A DNA stretch of 64,000 nucleotides from the NCBI GenBank assembly GCA_963848555.1, contig CAWKEE010000002.1, positions 420,500 to 484,499 of the forward strand, given 5' to 3'. The notes below the pieces were generated by a model. That model saw only the letters and a program-made list of their open reading frames with translations. It ran no database searches and was not told the origin of the DNA. This DNA comes from an uncultured Alphaproteobacteria bacterium. GTDB taxonomy: Bacteria > Pseudomonadota > Alphaproteobacteria > Sphingomonadales > Sphingomonadaceae. Shown piece by piece: positions 1 to 10,107 of the stretch (the first letter of the stretch is position 1; every line of letters starts with the position of its first letter). Made by a program: the position numbers and the translations under genes.

Positions 1-1
1 C

Positions 2-1303
2 GACCTGATCGACAAGTTCGCCGGCTACGGCTTCAACAAGAGTCACGCCGCCGCCTACGCGCTGATCGCCTACCAGACCGCCTGGCTCAAGGCGCATCAC
101 CGGCACGAATTCTACGCCGCCTCGATGTGCTTCGACATGGCGCAGACCGACAAGCTCGCCATCTTCGTCGACGACATGCGCCGGCTCGGCGTCGCCTGCC
201 TGCCGCCGTCGGTCAATGCCAGCCAGGCCGCGTTCGCGGTGGAACCGGTCGGGGACGGTCCCTTCGACAGCGCCCAGGACAGGCTCGCCGTCCGCTATGC
301 GCTCGGCGCGCTCAAGGGCGTCGGCGAGAAAGCGATGGAGCAGCTGGTCGAGGAGAGGAGGGCGCGGGGGCCGTTTCGCGACCTCGACGATTTCGCCGCC
401 CGGATCGATCCGCGGCTGCTGAACCGTCGCCAGATCGAAAGCCTCGCCGGCGGCGGTGCTTTCGACGGCATCGCCGAACGGCCGGCGGTGTTCGCCGCCG
501 CCGAGACGATCCTGTCGGCCGCCTCGAGCGCGGCCGAGGCGCGCGACAGCGGCCAGGGCGGGCTGTTCGGCGAGGGGCCGGCCAATGTCGTGCCGATCCG
601 GATGCCGGCGGGCGAGAGCTGGACGCTGGCCCAGCGCATGGCGCAGGAGAAAGAGAGCTTCGGCTTTTATTTCTCCGCCCATCCGGTCGACAATTACCGC
701 CATCTCGCGGTGGCGCACGGGGCGAAAAACTTCGCCGAGATCGCCGGCCTGCCGGCGCCGGCCGATGGCGGCCGAACCGGCGCGACGATGGCGGCGCTGG
801 TCGAGGAAGTGCGCTGGCGCACCTCGGCGCGCGGCCGGCGCTACATGATGGCGACCCTGTCGGATCCTTCCGGCCAGTTCGAGGCGACGATATTCGACGA
901 TATCGTCGCCGCCCAGATCGGCGAGGCGGCCAAAGCGGGCGTCTGCGCGCTGCTTGGCGTCGAGCTCGACCGCAGGCCCGGCGAGGAAACGCCGCGCGTC
1001 ACCATCCGCTCGATCCAGCCGTTCGAGAGCCTGTCGAAGCGCAGCCGGCTGCAGCTCGAGGTCGAGGTGACGGACGGAACGGCGATCGCCGCTCTTGCCG
1101 GCGCGCTCGCCGGCGACCGCGGCGGCACCGGCGAGCTCCGCCTCAAGGCGCGCTGGGACGCAGGCCTGGCGGACATCGTGCTCGGCCGCGACTTCCAGCT
1201 CGACGCCGAGCTGGTCGAGCGGCTGAAGCGGGTCGACGGCGTCGTTTCCGCCGAGCTGTCGGTGATCCCGATCGAACGGCCCCGGCTGGCCCAGGCCTCC
1301 TAG
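2..1303 (+). CDS. dnaE: DNA polymerase III alpha subunit, C-terminal part (5'-truncated by window edge)
   Basis: Frame from nt 2 reads DLIDKFAGYGFNKSHAAAYALIAYQTAWLKAH, the conserved DnaE motif, followed by HhH (ALKGVGEKA) and OB-fold regions; stop at 1303. Confidence 0.96.
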   Translation, partial: DLIDKFAGYGFNKSHAAAYALIAYQTAWLKAHHRHEFYAASMCFDMAQTDKLAIFVDDMRRLGVACLPPSVNASQAAFAVEPVGDGPFDSAQDRLAVRYALGALKGVGEKAMEQLVEERRARGPFRDLDDFAARIDPRLLNRRQIESLAGGGAFDGIAERPAVFAAAETILSAASSAAEARDSGQGGLFGEGPANVVPIRMPAGESWTLAQRMAQEKESFGFYFSAHPVDNYRHLAVAHGAKNFAEIAGLPAPADGGRTGATMAALVEEVRWRTSARGRRYMMATLSDPSGQFEATIFDDIVAAQIGEAAKAGVCALLGVELDRRPGEETPRVTIRSIQPFESLSKRSRLQLEVEVTDGTAIAALAGALAGDRGGTGELRLKARWDAGLADIVLGRDFQLDAELVERLKRVDGVVSAELSVIPIERPRLAQAS

Positions 1304-1509
1304 CCAGACCGGGACAGTCTATAGTTTTTCGACCCGTCCCGTCCGTCGCGAAACTTCGCCACCGAAAACTCTCTACTGTCCCCCGTTTCGGTGCCTGGAT
1401 CGCGGCGGCGCTGCGCGGCTCGCGATGACGGCAAATCTTCCGGGCGCTTCCTCCGTTAGCCAGTTGGCAAGCCGAACCCCGCTATGGACGCGCCGGACGG
1501 GAGGAAGGC

Positions 1510-2505
1510 ATGCAGCTCGGGTCGATCAAGCAGGCAATGCTGAGGCTGGCCCGGCCGGCCGGGCTCGCCGCGCTCGCCCGCAAGGCGACGGCAGGGCAGC
1601 TGCGCATCCTGTGCTATCACGGCGTCTGGGTGACCCCCGGCGTGCCGTTCGGCGACTGCACTTTCATCGCGCCCGACCAGTTCGCATCGCGCATGGCGCG
1701 GCTGAAACGGTCGGGGCTGCCGGTGCTTGCGCTCGGCGAGGCGGTCGATCGTCTCGCCGACGGCAGCCTTCCCGAGGCCGCGGTCGCGATCACCATCGAC
1801 GACGGCTGGGCGTCGACCCTTACCCACATGCTGCCGGTGCTGGAAGCGCTCGGCCTGCCGGCCACCCTTTACGCCACCACCTGGTACGCCGGCCGCGAGT
1901 TGCCGGTCGTCAACGTCGCCGTCGACTATCTGCGCCTTGCCGGCGGACGGCTCGACCTCGACGGCGCCGCGAAGAGCGCCGAGATCGACGCGCTTCCGCT
2001 CGACCAGCGGCTCGGCGCATTGCGCGCGTTCGGCGCCGAGCTCGGCGTCGACGAAGCCTGGCTCGAGCTCAGGCAGTTCAACATCATGTCGGCGGCCGAA
2101 TTCGCCGAGGCCGATCGGCGCGGTCTCGACGTCCAGCTCCACACCCACCGCCATATCGAGATCGACCGGCAGGTCGACGATCTGCCGCGCGAGATCGCCG
2201 AAAACCGCGCCTTCCTCGCGGCGGCGATCGGCGAGAGGCCTTTCGCCCATTTCTGCCATCCGAGCGGGACCAATCATCCGCGCGCCCGCTCGCTGCTCGC
2301 CGCCAGCGGCGTCAAGACGGCCACCCTGGTGGAGCCCGGTCTCAACCCGCCCGGCGGCGACCCGATGTCGCTGCGGCGGTTTCTCGATGGGCGCCGGGTC
2401 GCCGACGCCGAGTTCGACGCCTATCTCTCGGGGCTGCTCCATTATGCGGCGCCGCTCGGAGCGCTGCTCCGGGGCCGCCGCCACGCAAGGGTAAGAGCGG
2501 GGTAA
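1510..2505 (+). CDS. Polysaccharide deacetylase (NodB/CE4 family)
   Basis: ILCYHGV, VAITIDDGW, DVQLHTHRH and FCHPSG motifs; GGAAGG RBS-like sequence upstream. Confidence 0.85.
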   Translation: MQLGSIKQAMLRLARPAGLAALARKATAGQLRILCYHGVWVTPGVPFGDCTFIAPDQFASRMARLKRSGLPVLALGEAVDRLADGSLPEAAVAITIDDGWASTLTHMLPVLEALGLPATLYATTWYAGRELPVVNVAVDYLRLAGGRLDLDGAAKSAEIDALPLDQRLGALRAFGAELGVDEAWLELRQFNIMSAAEFAEADRRGLDVQLHTHRHIEIDRQVDDLPREIAENRAFLAAAIGERPFAHFCHPSGTNHPRARSLLAASGVKTATLVEPGLNPPGGDPMSLRRFLDGRRVADAEFDAYLSGLLHYAAPLGALLRGRRHARVRAG

Positions 2506-2517
2506 GCATTCGCTGCT

Positions 2518-3484
2518 ATGGCGGTGGCGATGCCTCTCGACGCGCCCTTCCCGATCTCCGCGGTGCCGGCCGAAACGCTGTTTCCCGGCTGGCGCGGCCG
2601 GCTCCCCTATCGGGAGCGGATCGCGGCCGTCGCCGACGGACTCGGCCGGGCCCATCCCGACCTGCCCGACGCGCTCGCCCGCCTACCGTTCGCGCGCTTC
2701 GAAGCCGCCCATGCCGTGCGCTCCGCGGTCGCCAGCTACCATGAAGTGCCGGACGAAGCGGCGGCGCTGATCGAGGCCTTGCCGGAAGCGCTGCGCGCGC
2801 CCTGGCTGTGTGCGCTGCTGCTCTGGCACATGGAGCGGTTCGGCGAGGCGTTCGCCGCCACCGGCCTGGAGGGCGAGTTCGCGCTCCATTACGCCGAATT
2901 CGTTCCATCGCCTGCTCGACCAGATCGAAGCCGATCCCGGCTTCGCCGATCTTGCCAGCGACTCCTTCCTCAAGGACCTGTGGATCGCGCGGGTGGTGAT
3001 GATCCCGGCCTTCGCACAGGTCTGGTGGCCGCATTCCGGCCTGTCGGCGGCGGCGGTGCTGCGGCGCGGCCCGCGCGCCGCGGCTTATGTGTTCCTGCGC
3101 TGCGGCGGGCGCGCCCCATTCCTCGAAGGCCATACCCATAATCCTGTCGCCAAGGCCTATTGGAACGAGGCGGGCTGGGGCGAGGCGTTGCGGCTGGCGG
3201 CCCTGGCGCTGCCGGCGTTGCCGAGGGCGCGCGGCGTCTTCGGCACCGCCTGGTTCTACGACCCGGCGATCCTCGAGATCAGCCCCCGCATCGCCTTCGC
3301 CCAGAATCTCCAGGTCGGCCACGGCGCCCACCGGATCATGATCGGCAGCAACGCGGACGCGATCGCCAACGCCACCGCCACCTCGGCCGAGCGGCGCAAC
3401 CGCTATCAGGATGGCCGCTATCTGCCGACCGATTATGCGATTATTTGGTCCCGCAACGACCTGATCGCCGCCTACGGCGCCTGA
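2518..3484 (+). pseudogene. Hypothetical protein with possible GNAT-like acyltransferase C-terminal domain; frameshifted as sequenced
   Basis: ORFs 2518-3141 and 2810-3484 join if one extra A at about 2897 is removed (HYAD-SFHRLLDQIE). The C-terminus has FLEGHTH...GTAWFYDP. Confidence 0.6.
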
Positions 3485-3561
3485 CCGGCGTCACCCGCGT
3501 CAGAAAAGGCTGGATTCTCGCTCGCGCGCGAGAGACGATAGGGTGCGCGAGAGGAGGCTCT

Positions 3562-5154
3562 ATGCTGGGAGGGATGCAGGACTGGCCGCTCAGGATCATG
3601 CGGCTCCTCGACTATGCGGAACGCGAGCATGCCGGGCGCGAGATCGTGTCGCGCTGGGCCGACGGCAGCAGCACCCGCAGCGACTGGGCGGGCGTCGCCC
3701 GCGACAGCCGCCGGCTGGCGCAGGCGCTCGAGCGGCTCGGCATCCGACGCGGCGACCGGGTCGCGACGCTGGCGATGAACCACGCCCGCCATCTCGTCTC
3801 CTGGTACGGGACGATCGGCATGGGCGGGATCGTCCACACCGTCAATCCGCGGCTGTTCGAGGAGCAGCTGGTCTACATCTTCAACCATGCCGAAGACCGC
3901 GTCCTCTTCTACGACAACGTCTTTTGCGAGCTGGTCGAAAGGATCCGGCCGCAGCTGCGGACGGTCGAACATTATATCTGCTTCGATCCGCCGCACGGAC
4001 AAGGGTTCGAGACGTTGATTACCGGCGAGAGCGGCGACTATCGCTGGGTCGAGGGCGACGAGCGCGAGCCGGCGATGCTTTGCTATACGTCGGGCACCAC
4101 CGGCAATCCCAAGGGCGTGCTGTACGAGCACCGCTCGACCGTGCTCCACGCCATGGCCGAGGTTCAGCCGGACGTGTTCGACCTGTCCCGCCGCGCCTGC
4201 GTGCTGCCGATCGTGCCGATGTTCCACGCCGCTTCCTGGGGGCTGCCGTTCGCGTCCCCGATCGCCGGCTGCAAGCTCGCCTTCACCGCCGACTACACGC
4301 CGAGCGTGATCTGCGACCTGATCCACGACGAGGGCGTCACCCACACCGCCGCCGTGCCGACCGTATGGCTCGGCATGATGCAATATGCCGACGACACCGG
4401 CCGCGATTTCGGCAAGCTCAGGATCGTCACTATCGGCGGATCGGCGGCGCCGCGGCCGATGATCGAATATTTCATGAAGCGCGGCATCCGCGTCGGCCAT
4501 GCCTGGGGGATGACCGAAATGTCGCCGATCGGCACGGTCGGCGCGCCGCCCTGGAACTGGGACGATCTCGATTTCGACGATCAGCTCAACCTGACCTGCA
4601 AGCAGGGACGCTCGCTGTTCGGGGTGGAAATGCGGGTCGTCGACGACGACGGCCAAGAGCAGCCGCGCGACGGCCACAGCTCGGGCCGGCTGCAGGTGCG
4701 CGGGCCGTGGGTGGTCGAGACCTATTTCAAGGAAGAGCGGCCGGCGACCGGCGCCGACGGCTGGTTCGACACCGGCGACGTCGCCGTCATCCATCCGTGC
4801 GGGACGATGCAGATCACCGACCGCTCGAAGGACGTGATCAAGTCGGGCGGCGAATGGATCAGCTCGATCGAGCTCGAAAATGCTGCGATGGGCTGCGCCG
4901 GCGTCGCCGAGGCGGCGGCGGTGGGCGTGCCCCACCCCAAATGGGACGAGCGGCCGCTGCTGCTGGTGGTGCCCAAGGACGGCGTCGAGGTCAGCCGGGA
5001 CGAGATCAGAGCGCATCTCACCAACCATGTCGCCAAATGGTGGCTTCCCGACGAGATATTGTTCGTCGAGAGCCTGCCGCATACCGCCACCGGCAAGCTG
5101 CTCAAGACCGCGCTGCGCGAGCAATATAAGGACTATCGGCTCGAGAACGCCTGA
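3562..5154 (+). CDS. Long-chain fatty acid-CoA ligase (AMP-binding family)
   Basis: [22 protein letters not shown] and [14 protein letters not shown] motifs; ATG at 3562 after GAGGAGG. Confidence 0.92.
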   Translation: MLGGMQDWPLRIMRLLDYAEREHAGREIVSRWADGSSTRSDWAGVARDSRRLAQALERLGIRRGDRVATLAMNHARHLVSWYGTIGMGGIVHTVNPRLFEEQLVYIFNHAEDRVLFYDNVFCELVERIRPQLRTVEHYICFDPPHGQGFETLITGESGDYRWVEGDEREPAMLCYTSGTTGNPKGVLYEHRSTVLHAMAEVQPDVFDLSRRACVLPIVPMFHAASWGLPFASPIAGCKLAFTADYTPSVICDLIHDEGVTHTAAVPTVWLGMMQYADDTGRDFGKLRIVTIGGSAAPRPMIEYFMKRGIRVGHAWGMTEMSPIGTVGAPPWNWDDLDFDDQLNLTCKQGRSLFGVEMRVVDDDGQEQPRDGHSSGRLQVRGPWVVETYFKEERPATGADGWFDTGDVAVIHPCGTMQITDRSKDVIKSGGEWISSIELENAAMGCAGVAEAAAVGVPHPKWDERPLLLVVPKDGVEVSRDEIRAHLTNHVAKWWLPDEILFVESLPHTATGKLLKTALREQYKDYRLENA

Positions 5155-5193
5155 GGGCGCGGGGGGGCAGGTCGCCCCACCATATCTTTACCT

Positions 5194-6183
5194 GTGCGCT
5201 TTATGCCGCGCGCCATGGCGCCCGAGCTGCTCATCGTCGTCGACACCGAGGAGGAATTCGACTGGTCGAAGCCCTTTTCGCGCGACGCCACCGCGACCCG
5301 GTCGATCCCGGCGCAGGCCCGCGCGCACCAGATTTACGACCGGCTCGGCATCGTCCCGACCTATGTGATCGACTATCCGGTCGCCACCGATGCCGAGGCG
5401 GTCCGCTTCCTGCGCGCGCTCAAAGAGGCCGGCAAGGCGGAGATCGGCGCCCATCTGCATCCCTGGGTGACGCCGCCGCACATCGAGCCGGTCAACCGGC
5501 GCAATTCCTATCACTGCAACCTGCCGCCCGACCTGGAGCGGGCCAAGATCGTCGCGATCACCGACGCGATCGCGGCGGCCTTCGGCGAGCCTCCCACCGT
5601 CTTCAAGGCCGGCCGCCACGGCTTCGGGCCCAACACCGCCAGGGTGCTGGCCGAGCTCGGCTACCGGGTGGATTGCAGCAAGATGCCGCACACCGACCTG
5701 TCCGCCGACGGCGGGCCCGATTTTCGCGGCACGCCCGCCGACCCGCACTGGCTCAATGAGGCGAGCGGCCTGATCGAGATCCCGCTGACCATCGGCTTCT
5801 TCGGCGCGGCGGAGCAAGCGGGGCCGAGCGTCGACTGGCTGTTCGATTCGCCGGGCGCCAACCGGCTGCGGCTGCCCGGCCTGCTCGCGCGCACCGGCCT
5901 GCTCTCCCGCTCCCGACTGACCCCGGAGGGCGTGCCGGTCGAGGAGCAATGCCGGCTGATCGAAGCGCTGGCGCGGCGCGGACAGCGGGTCTTCAGCCTG
6001 GCCTATCACAGTCCCAGCCTCGAGCCGGGCCACACGCCCTATGTGTCCGACGAAGCCGAGCTCGAAGTCTTCCTCGCCGGCCTCGAGCACGTGCTGCTCT
6101 TCTTCCGCGATCGCCTCGGCGGCCGCTTCACCACGCCGAGCCGGGTCCATCGCGACTTCGCGGCCCAGCGGCGCGCGGCCTGA
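5194..6183 (+). CDS. Polysaccharide deacetylase family protein (WalW-like)
   Basis: VVDTEEEFDW, EIGAHLHPW, FKAGRHG and LAYHSPSL motifs. Confidence 0.8.
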   Translation: MRFMPRAMAPELLIVVDTEEEFDWSKPFSRDATATRSIPAQARAHQIYDRLGIVPTYVIDYPVATDAEAVRFLRALKEAGKAEIGAHLHPWVTPPHIEPVNRRNSYHCNLPPDLERAKIVAITDAIAAAFGEPPTVFKAGRHGFGPNTARVLAELGYRVDCSKMPHTDLSADGGPDFRGTPADPHWLNEASGLIEIPLTIGFFGAAEQAGPSVDWLFDSPGANRLRLPGLLARTGLLSRSRLTPEGVPVEEQCRLIEALARRGQRVFSLAYHSPSLEPGHTPYVSDEAELEVFLAGLEHVLLFFRDRLGGRFTTPSRVHRDFAAQRRAA

Positions 6184-6347
6184 ACCCGCCGCGGCGGGAC
6201 GCGCCGTCCGGCTGAAACAATTGCAACACTATAAATGGGCGGCCGGCATCCGGCTGCAACGCGCCGCGCGCAGATGGGCGGTCGTCGACGAGGGGTCGTG
6301 ACGCCTCGGATGAGCGGACCGGACGGAACCGCAAACCTGAACGTCAC

Positions 6348-6372
6348 GGAACCGGAGCAGTCAGCTTCTGTT
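6348..6372 (+). promoter_or_regulatory. Candidate EcfG (general stress sigma factor) promoter
   Basis: GGAAC-N17-GTT about 55 nt upstream of the 6428 ORF. Confidence 0.4.
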
Positions 6373-6427
6373 CAACTCGTCTATGGAATAGAACGTTTCG
6401 TCGTACCGTCTGAAGGGCGACCAGGGA

Positions 6428-6694
6428 GTGAAGAAGATGTTGGTTTCGATTGTCGGCAAGAGCGGCGAGACGTTCGCACATGATCCGTCGCGGCGCGGCT
6501 ACCATGTCGTGTATCGCGAGAACGAGCCGAACCGCTGCCCGGGCTGCGGCCGCTCGCATTGGTATGTCGGGCGACTGCTGGCCGAATGCGGCTTCTGCGG
6601 CACCGCGCTGCCGCTGGCGGAAGCCGGCACCTGGGGCGTCGGCGTCGTCCGCCACGGCCGCCCCTATCGCGAGGAATATGCCGACGCGGCCTGA
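6428..6694 (+). CDS. Small hypothetical zinc-ribbon protein
   Basis: CPGC and CGFC pairs; GGGAG RBS-like sequence upstream. Confidence 0.7.
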   Translation: MKKMLVSIVGKSGETFAHDPSRRGYHVVYRENEPNRCPGCGRSHWYVGRLLAECGFCGTALPLAEAGTWGVGVVRHGRPYREEYADAA

Positions 6695-6821
6695 CGCCTG
6701 CGGGGTCGTTCCGGCGCTTTGCCGGGATGACCCCAACCCGGGCGAGTCATTCCGGCCCTTCGACGCCCACCCGCGGCCCTGCGTGCCCCCACATTCTCAA
6801 CGCCTTGCGCCCCCACCGCGC

Positions 6822-6849
6822 TTGCCCTCCTCGCCATCGCTGCTATAGA
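6822..6849 (+). promoter_or_regulatory. Sigma70-type promoter for tRNA-Leu/tig
   Basis: TTGCCC-N16-TATAGA about 20 nt before the tRNA. Confidence 0.45.
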
Positions 6850-6869
6850 CGCCGCCTTGCCGTGGACCG

Positions 6870-6952
6870 GCGGGCGTGGCGGAACTGGTAGACGCGCTGG
6901 ATTTAGGTTCCAGTGGGCAACCGTGGGGGTTCGAGTCCCTCCGCCCGCACCA
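6870..6952 (+). tRNA. tRNA-Leu (TAG)
   Basis: Acceptor stem GCGGGCG/CGCCCGC, anticodon arm CTGGA-TTTAGGT-TCCAG, long variable arm, GTTCGAGTC T-loop, encoded CCA. Confidence 0.96.
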
Positions 6953-7015
6953 GCTCCGCCGCTCCACGCGCGCGATACGCCGCACCAAAACCGGTTTTGA
7001 AGGTTTCACTGACCC

Positions 7016-8524
7016 ATGCAGACTGTCGAGACGTTGAACGAGGGGCTGAAGCGCGCCTTTCGGATCACCATCCCCGCCAAGGAGATCGGCGCCCGCGTCG
7101 ACCAGGAGCTCAAGTCGATCGCGCCGCAGGTGCGGATGCCCGGCTTCCGCCCCGGCAAGGTGCCCGCCAATCTGGTGCGCAAGATGCATGGCGCCGCGCT
7201 TGAGCAGCAGGCGCTGCAGACCGCCGTCCAGGAAGGCGTCCAGCAGCTGATGAACGAGCGCAAGCTGCGGCCGGCGATGCAGCCGAGCGTCGAGCTGGAG
7301 GAAGGCGGGCCCGGCAAGGATGCGGTCGTCAAGGTCGAGGTGGAGACCCTTCCGGACGTGCCCGAGGCCCAGATCGACGGGCTGAAGATCGAGCGGCTGC
7401 GGGTCGAGGCGACCGAGGCGATGATCGACGAGGCGGTCGAACGGCTCGCCGCCGGCCAGCAAAGCTTCGAGCCGGCGCCGGCCGCGCGCAAGGCGGCGCT
7501 CGGCGACCGCCTGCTGATGGATTTCGAAGGCAAGGTCGACGGCGACGTTTTCGAGGGCGGCAAGGGCGAGGGGATGGCGATCGAGCTCGGCTCGGGCCGG
7601 CTCATTCCGGGCTTCGAGGAGCAGCTGGTCGGGGCCAAGGCCAACGACCAGCGCACCATCACCGTCACCTTCCCGGCCGATTATCATGTCGACTATCTGA
7701 AAGGCCGCGAGGCGGTGTTCGAAGTGACGGTGAACGAAGTCCAGCTGTCGCGCGAGGTCAAGCCGGACGACGCGTTCGCCAAGTCGATGGGCCTCGAGGG
7801 CATCGGCCAGCTGCGGGACCTGCTCAAGGCGCAGATCGAGCAGGAGCTGGGCGGTCTCACCCGTACCCAGATGAAGCGCCAGCTGCTCGACCAGCTCGCC
7901 GCCAGCCACGATTTCCCGGTGCCGCCGTCGATGGTCGAGGCGGAATTCGAGCAGATCTGGAAGCAGCTCGAGCATGAGGCGAGCCATGAGGCGGATCCCG
8001 CCGCCGCCCGCGCCGAGATGGAGAAAGAGCGCGACGACTACAGGTCGATCGCCGAGCGCCGGGTCCGGCTCGGACTGCTGCTGTCCGAGATCGGCCAGAA
8101 GAACGGTGTCGAGGTCAGCCAGCAGGAGATGAACCAGCTGATCATGCAGGCCGCCCAGCAGTACAAGCCCGAGGACCGGCCGAAGTTCGTCGAATATGTC
8201 CGCGGCGAGCCGATGGCCGCCGCCCAGCTGCGCGCGCCCTTGTTCGAGGACAAGGTGGTCGATTATCTGTTCGGCAAGGCCGAGATCAGCGAGCGCACGG
8301 TCACCCGCGCCGAGCTCGAGGCCGCGATCGAGGCCGAGGAGGATCATGTCCACGGTCCGGGCTGCGGCCACGACCATGGCGAGGAGACGAAGCCGAAGGC
8401 GAAAAAGGCCGCCGGCAAGAAAGCCGCCAGGCCGGCCGACGAAGGCGAAGCGGCCGCGGCCAAGCCGGCCAGGAAGCCGGCCGCCAGGAAGCCGGCGGCC
8501 AAGAAGGCCAAAGCCCCCGAATGA
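7016..8524 (+). CDS. tig: Trigger factor
   Basis: MPGFRPGKVP ribosome-binding motif, FKBP domain (IPGFEEQLVG), His-rich and Lys/Ala-rich tail. Confidence 0.97.
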   Translation: MQTVETLNEGLKRAFRITIPAKEIGARVDQELKSIAPQVRMPGFRPGKVPANLVRKMHGAALEQQALQTAVQEGVQQLMNERKLRPAMQPSVELEEGGPGKDAVVKVEVETLPDVPEAQIDGLKIERLRVEATEAMIDEAVERLAAGQQSFEPAPAARKAALGDRLLMDFEGKVDGDVFEGGKGEGMAIELGSGRLIPGFEEQLVGAKANDQRTITVTFPADYHVDYLKGREAVFEVTVNEVQLSREVKPDDAFAKSMGLEGIGQLRDLLKAQIEQELGGLTRTQMKRQLLDQLAASHDFPVPPSMVEAEFEQIWKQLEHEASHEADPAAARAEMEKERDDYRSIAERRVRLGLLLSEIGQKNGVEVSQQEMNQLIMQAAQQYKPEDRPKFVEYVRGEPMAAAQLRAPLFEDKVVDYLFGKAEISERTVTRAELEAAIEAEEDHVHGPGCGHDHGEETKPKAKKAAGKKAARPADEGEAAAAKPARKPAARKPAAKKAKAPE

Positions 8525-10107
8525 GCCCGGCCGGGGGGGCTGCCGCCGGCGCGGATCCGCCGCCGGCGGAGCCGCTCTGGCAACGGCCCTGGCTGTGGGC
8601 GGCGCTGGCCCTCATGTCGGCGCTGCCCTTCCTGATCGCGCCGCTGCCGATGCAGCCCGATTATTTCAGCCATGTCGGCCGCTATCACGTGATGAACGAA
8701 GCGGCCGGCGATCCCTTCCTGCCGCTTTATTATGCGTTCGAATGGAGACTGGTCGGCAATCTCGGCGTCGACCTGCTGGTGCGGCTGCTCGGGCCTCTGC
8801 TGGGGACCGAGCGCGCAGCCCACCTCGTCGTCGGGCTGATCCCGCCGCTCGGCGTCGGCGGCCTTTATGCCCTGGCCCGGGCCGCCGGCCGCGACTTCGG
8901 CCCCGGCGGGCTCGCCGCTTTGCCTTTGCTCTACGCTCTCCCGTTCACGATGGGTTTCGTCAATTTCTGCCTGGCGCAGGGGCTCGCTCTGTGGGCGGCG
9001 GCGATCTGGCTTCGCCTACGCAGGCGTCCGCCGCCGGTCCGCTGGACGTTCGCGGCCGCCGCCGGCGCGCTGGTCTGGACCGCCCACATCGCCGGCTGGG
9101 GCATATTGCTGGTGCTGATCGCCGCGCTCGAGCTCGCCGCGCTGCGCCGTTCCCCGGGGCTCGATGTGCGTGCGCTGTCGCGGGCCGCCGTCCGCCTGCT
9201 GCCGTTCGCCTTGCCGCTGATCCCGACCCTGTTGTGGCGGGCGGCCGGTCCGGCCGGCGGCGCACCGGCCGATCCCTGGTCGCCGGCGATGAAGTGGCTC
9301 TGGCTGCGCAGCCTGTTCCGCGGCGAAGCGCAGCTGTTCGACTATGCCGGCACGATCCTCACCTTCGGCCTCGTCCTGCTGCTGCTGGCGCTGCTGGCGC
9401 TGCGGCGGGCGCGGGCGCAGGCCGGGCTGGTCGGGGCGGGCCTCATCCTGCTCGGCTTGTTCCTGTCGCTGCCGCAGCTCCTGTTCGGTTCCTATTATGC
9501 CGACATGCGGCTGCTGCCGGCCGCCCTGATCCTGCTGCTGGTCGCGATCGTGCCGCGCTCGCCGCGCCTGTCGGCAGCGATCGCCGCGCTCGGCCTGCTG
9601 CTGTTCGCCGCCCGGATCGGGGTGACGGCGGCCGGCTGGCACCAGCGCGGCGCCGCGCTCGAGCGCGACCTTGCGGTGCTCGATCATGTGCCGCGGGGCA
9701 GCCGGATCGCGGTGATGGCCTGGCGCAGCCTGTGCTTCGGCTGGACTCCGGCCGGCTTCGAGCATGCGACGAGCCTGGCGATCGTCCGGCGCCACGCCTT
9801 CGTCAATTCGCAGTGGGATTATGCCGGCGCCAATCCGATGCGCCCGATCTACAATCGGGGGCGCGATTTCAACGCGGTGCCGTCCAACCTGATCGGCGGG
9901 CCGCGCCGGCTGTGCGAGGGCCGGCCGCTCGAGGAGATGCTGGCGAACCTGCCGCGCGACCGCTTCGATTTCGTCTGGATGTTCCAGGCCGAGGCGCCGG
10001 CCGGCGCGAATTGGCTGACTCCGGTGGCCGCTGGGCCGAATGGACGGCTTTATCGAGTTGAAGCGCGCCCCGCGGCTGGTAAAGCCTCGATTCGAGAGGG
10101 CGAATGA
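8521..10107 (+). CDS. Multipass membrane protein, probable GT-C fold glycosyltransferase
   Basis: Many hydrophobic helices, early PDY..H acidic loop, soluble C-terminal domain; ATGA-coupled to tig and to the downstream GT2. Confidence 0.6.
   Translation: MSPAGGAAAGADPPPAEPLWQRPWLWAALALMSALPFLIAPLPMQPDYFSHVGRYHVMNEAAGDPFLPLYYAFEWRLVGNLGVDLLVRLLGPLLGTERAAHLVVGLIPPLGVGGLYALARAAGRDFGPGGLAALPLLYALPFTMGFVNFCLAQGLALWAAAIWLRLRRRPPPVRWTFAAAAGALVWTAHIAGWGILLVLIAALELAALRRSPGLDVRALSRAAVRLLPFALPLIPTLLWRAAGPAGGAPADPWSPAMKWLWLRSLFRGEAQLFDYAGTILTFGLVLLLLALLALRRARAQAGLVGAGLILLGLFLSLPQLLFGSYYADMRLLPAALILLLVAIVPRSPRLSAAIAALGLLLFAARIGVTAAGWHQRGAALERDLAVLDHVPRGSRIAVMAWRSLCFGWTPAGFEHATSLAIVRRHAFVNSQWDYAGANPMRPIYNRGRDFNAVPSNLIGGPRRLCEGRPLEEMLANLPRDRFDFVWMFQAEAPAGANWLTPVAAGPNGRLYRVEARPAAGKASIREGE

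Noticed and set aside
2-1303. Intein in DnaE
   Set aside because: The extra segment is only about 10 residues and has no C/S start or HN end.
3160-3561. N-terminal extension of the acyl-CoA ligase ORF
   Set aside because: It overlaps the upstream gene in another frame; a strong RBS supports the start at 3562.
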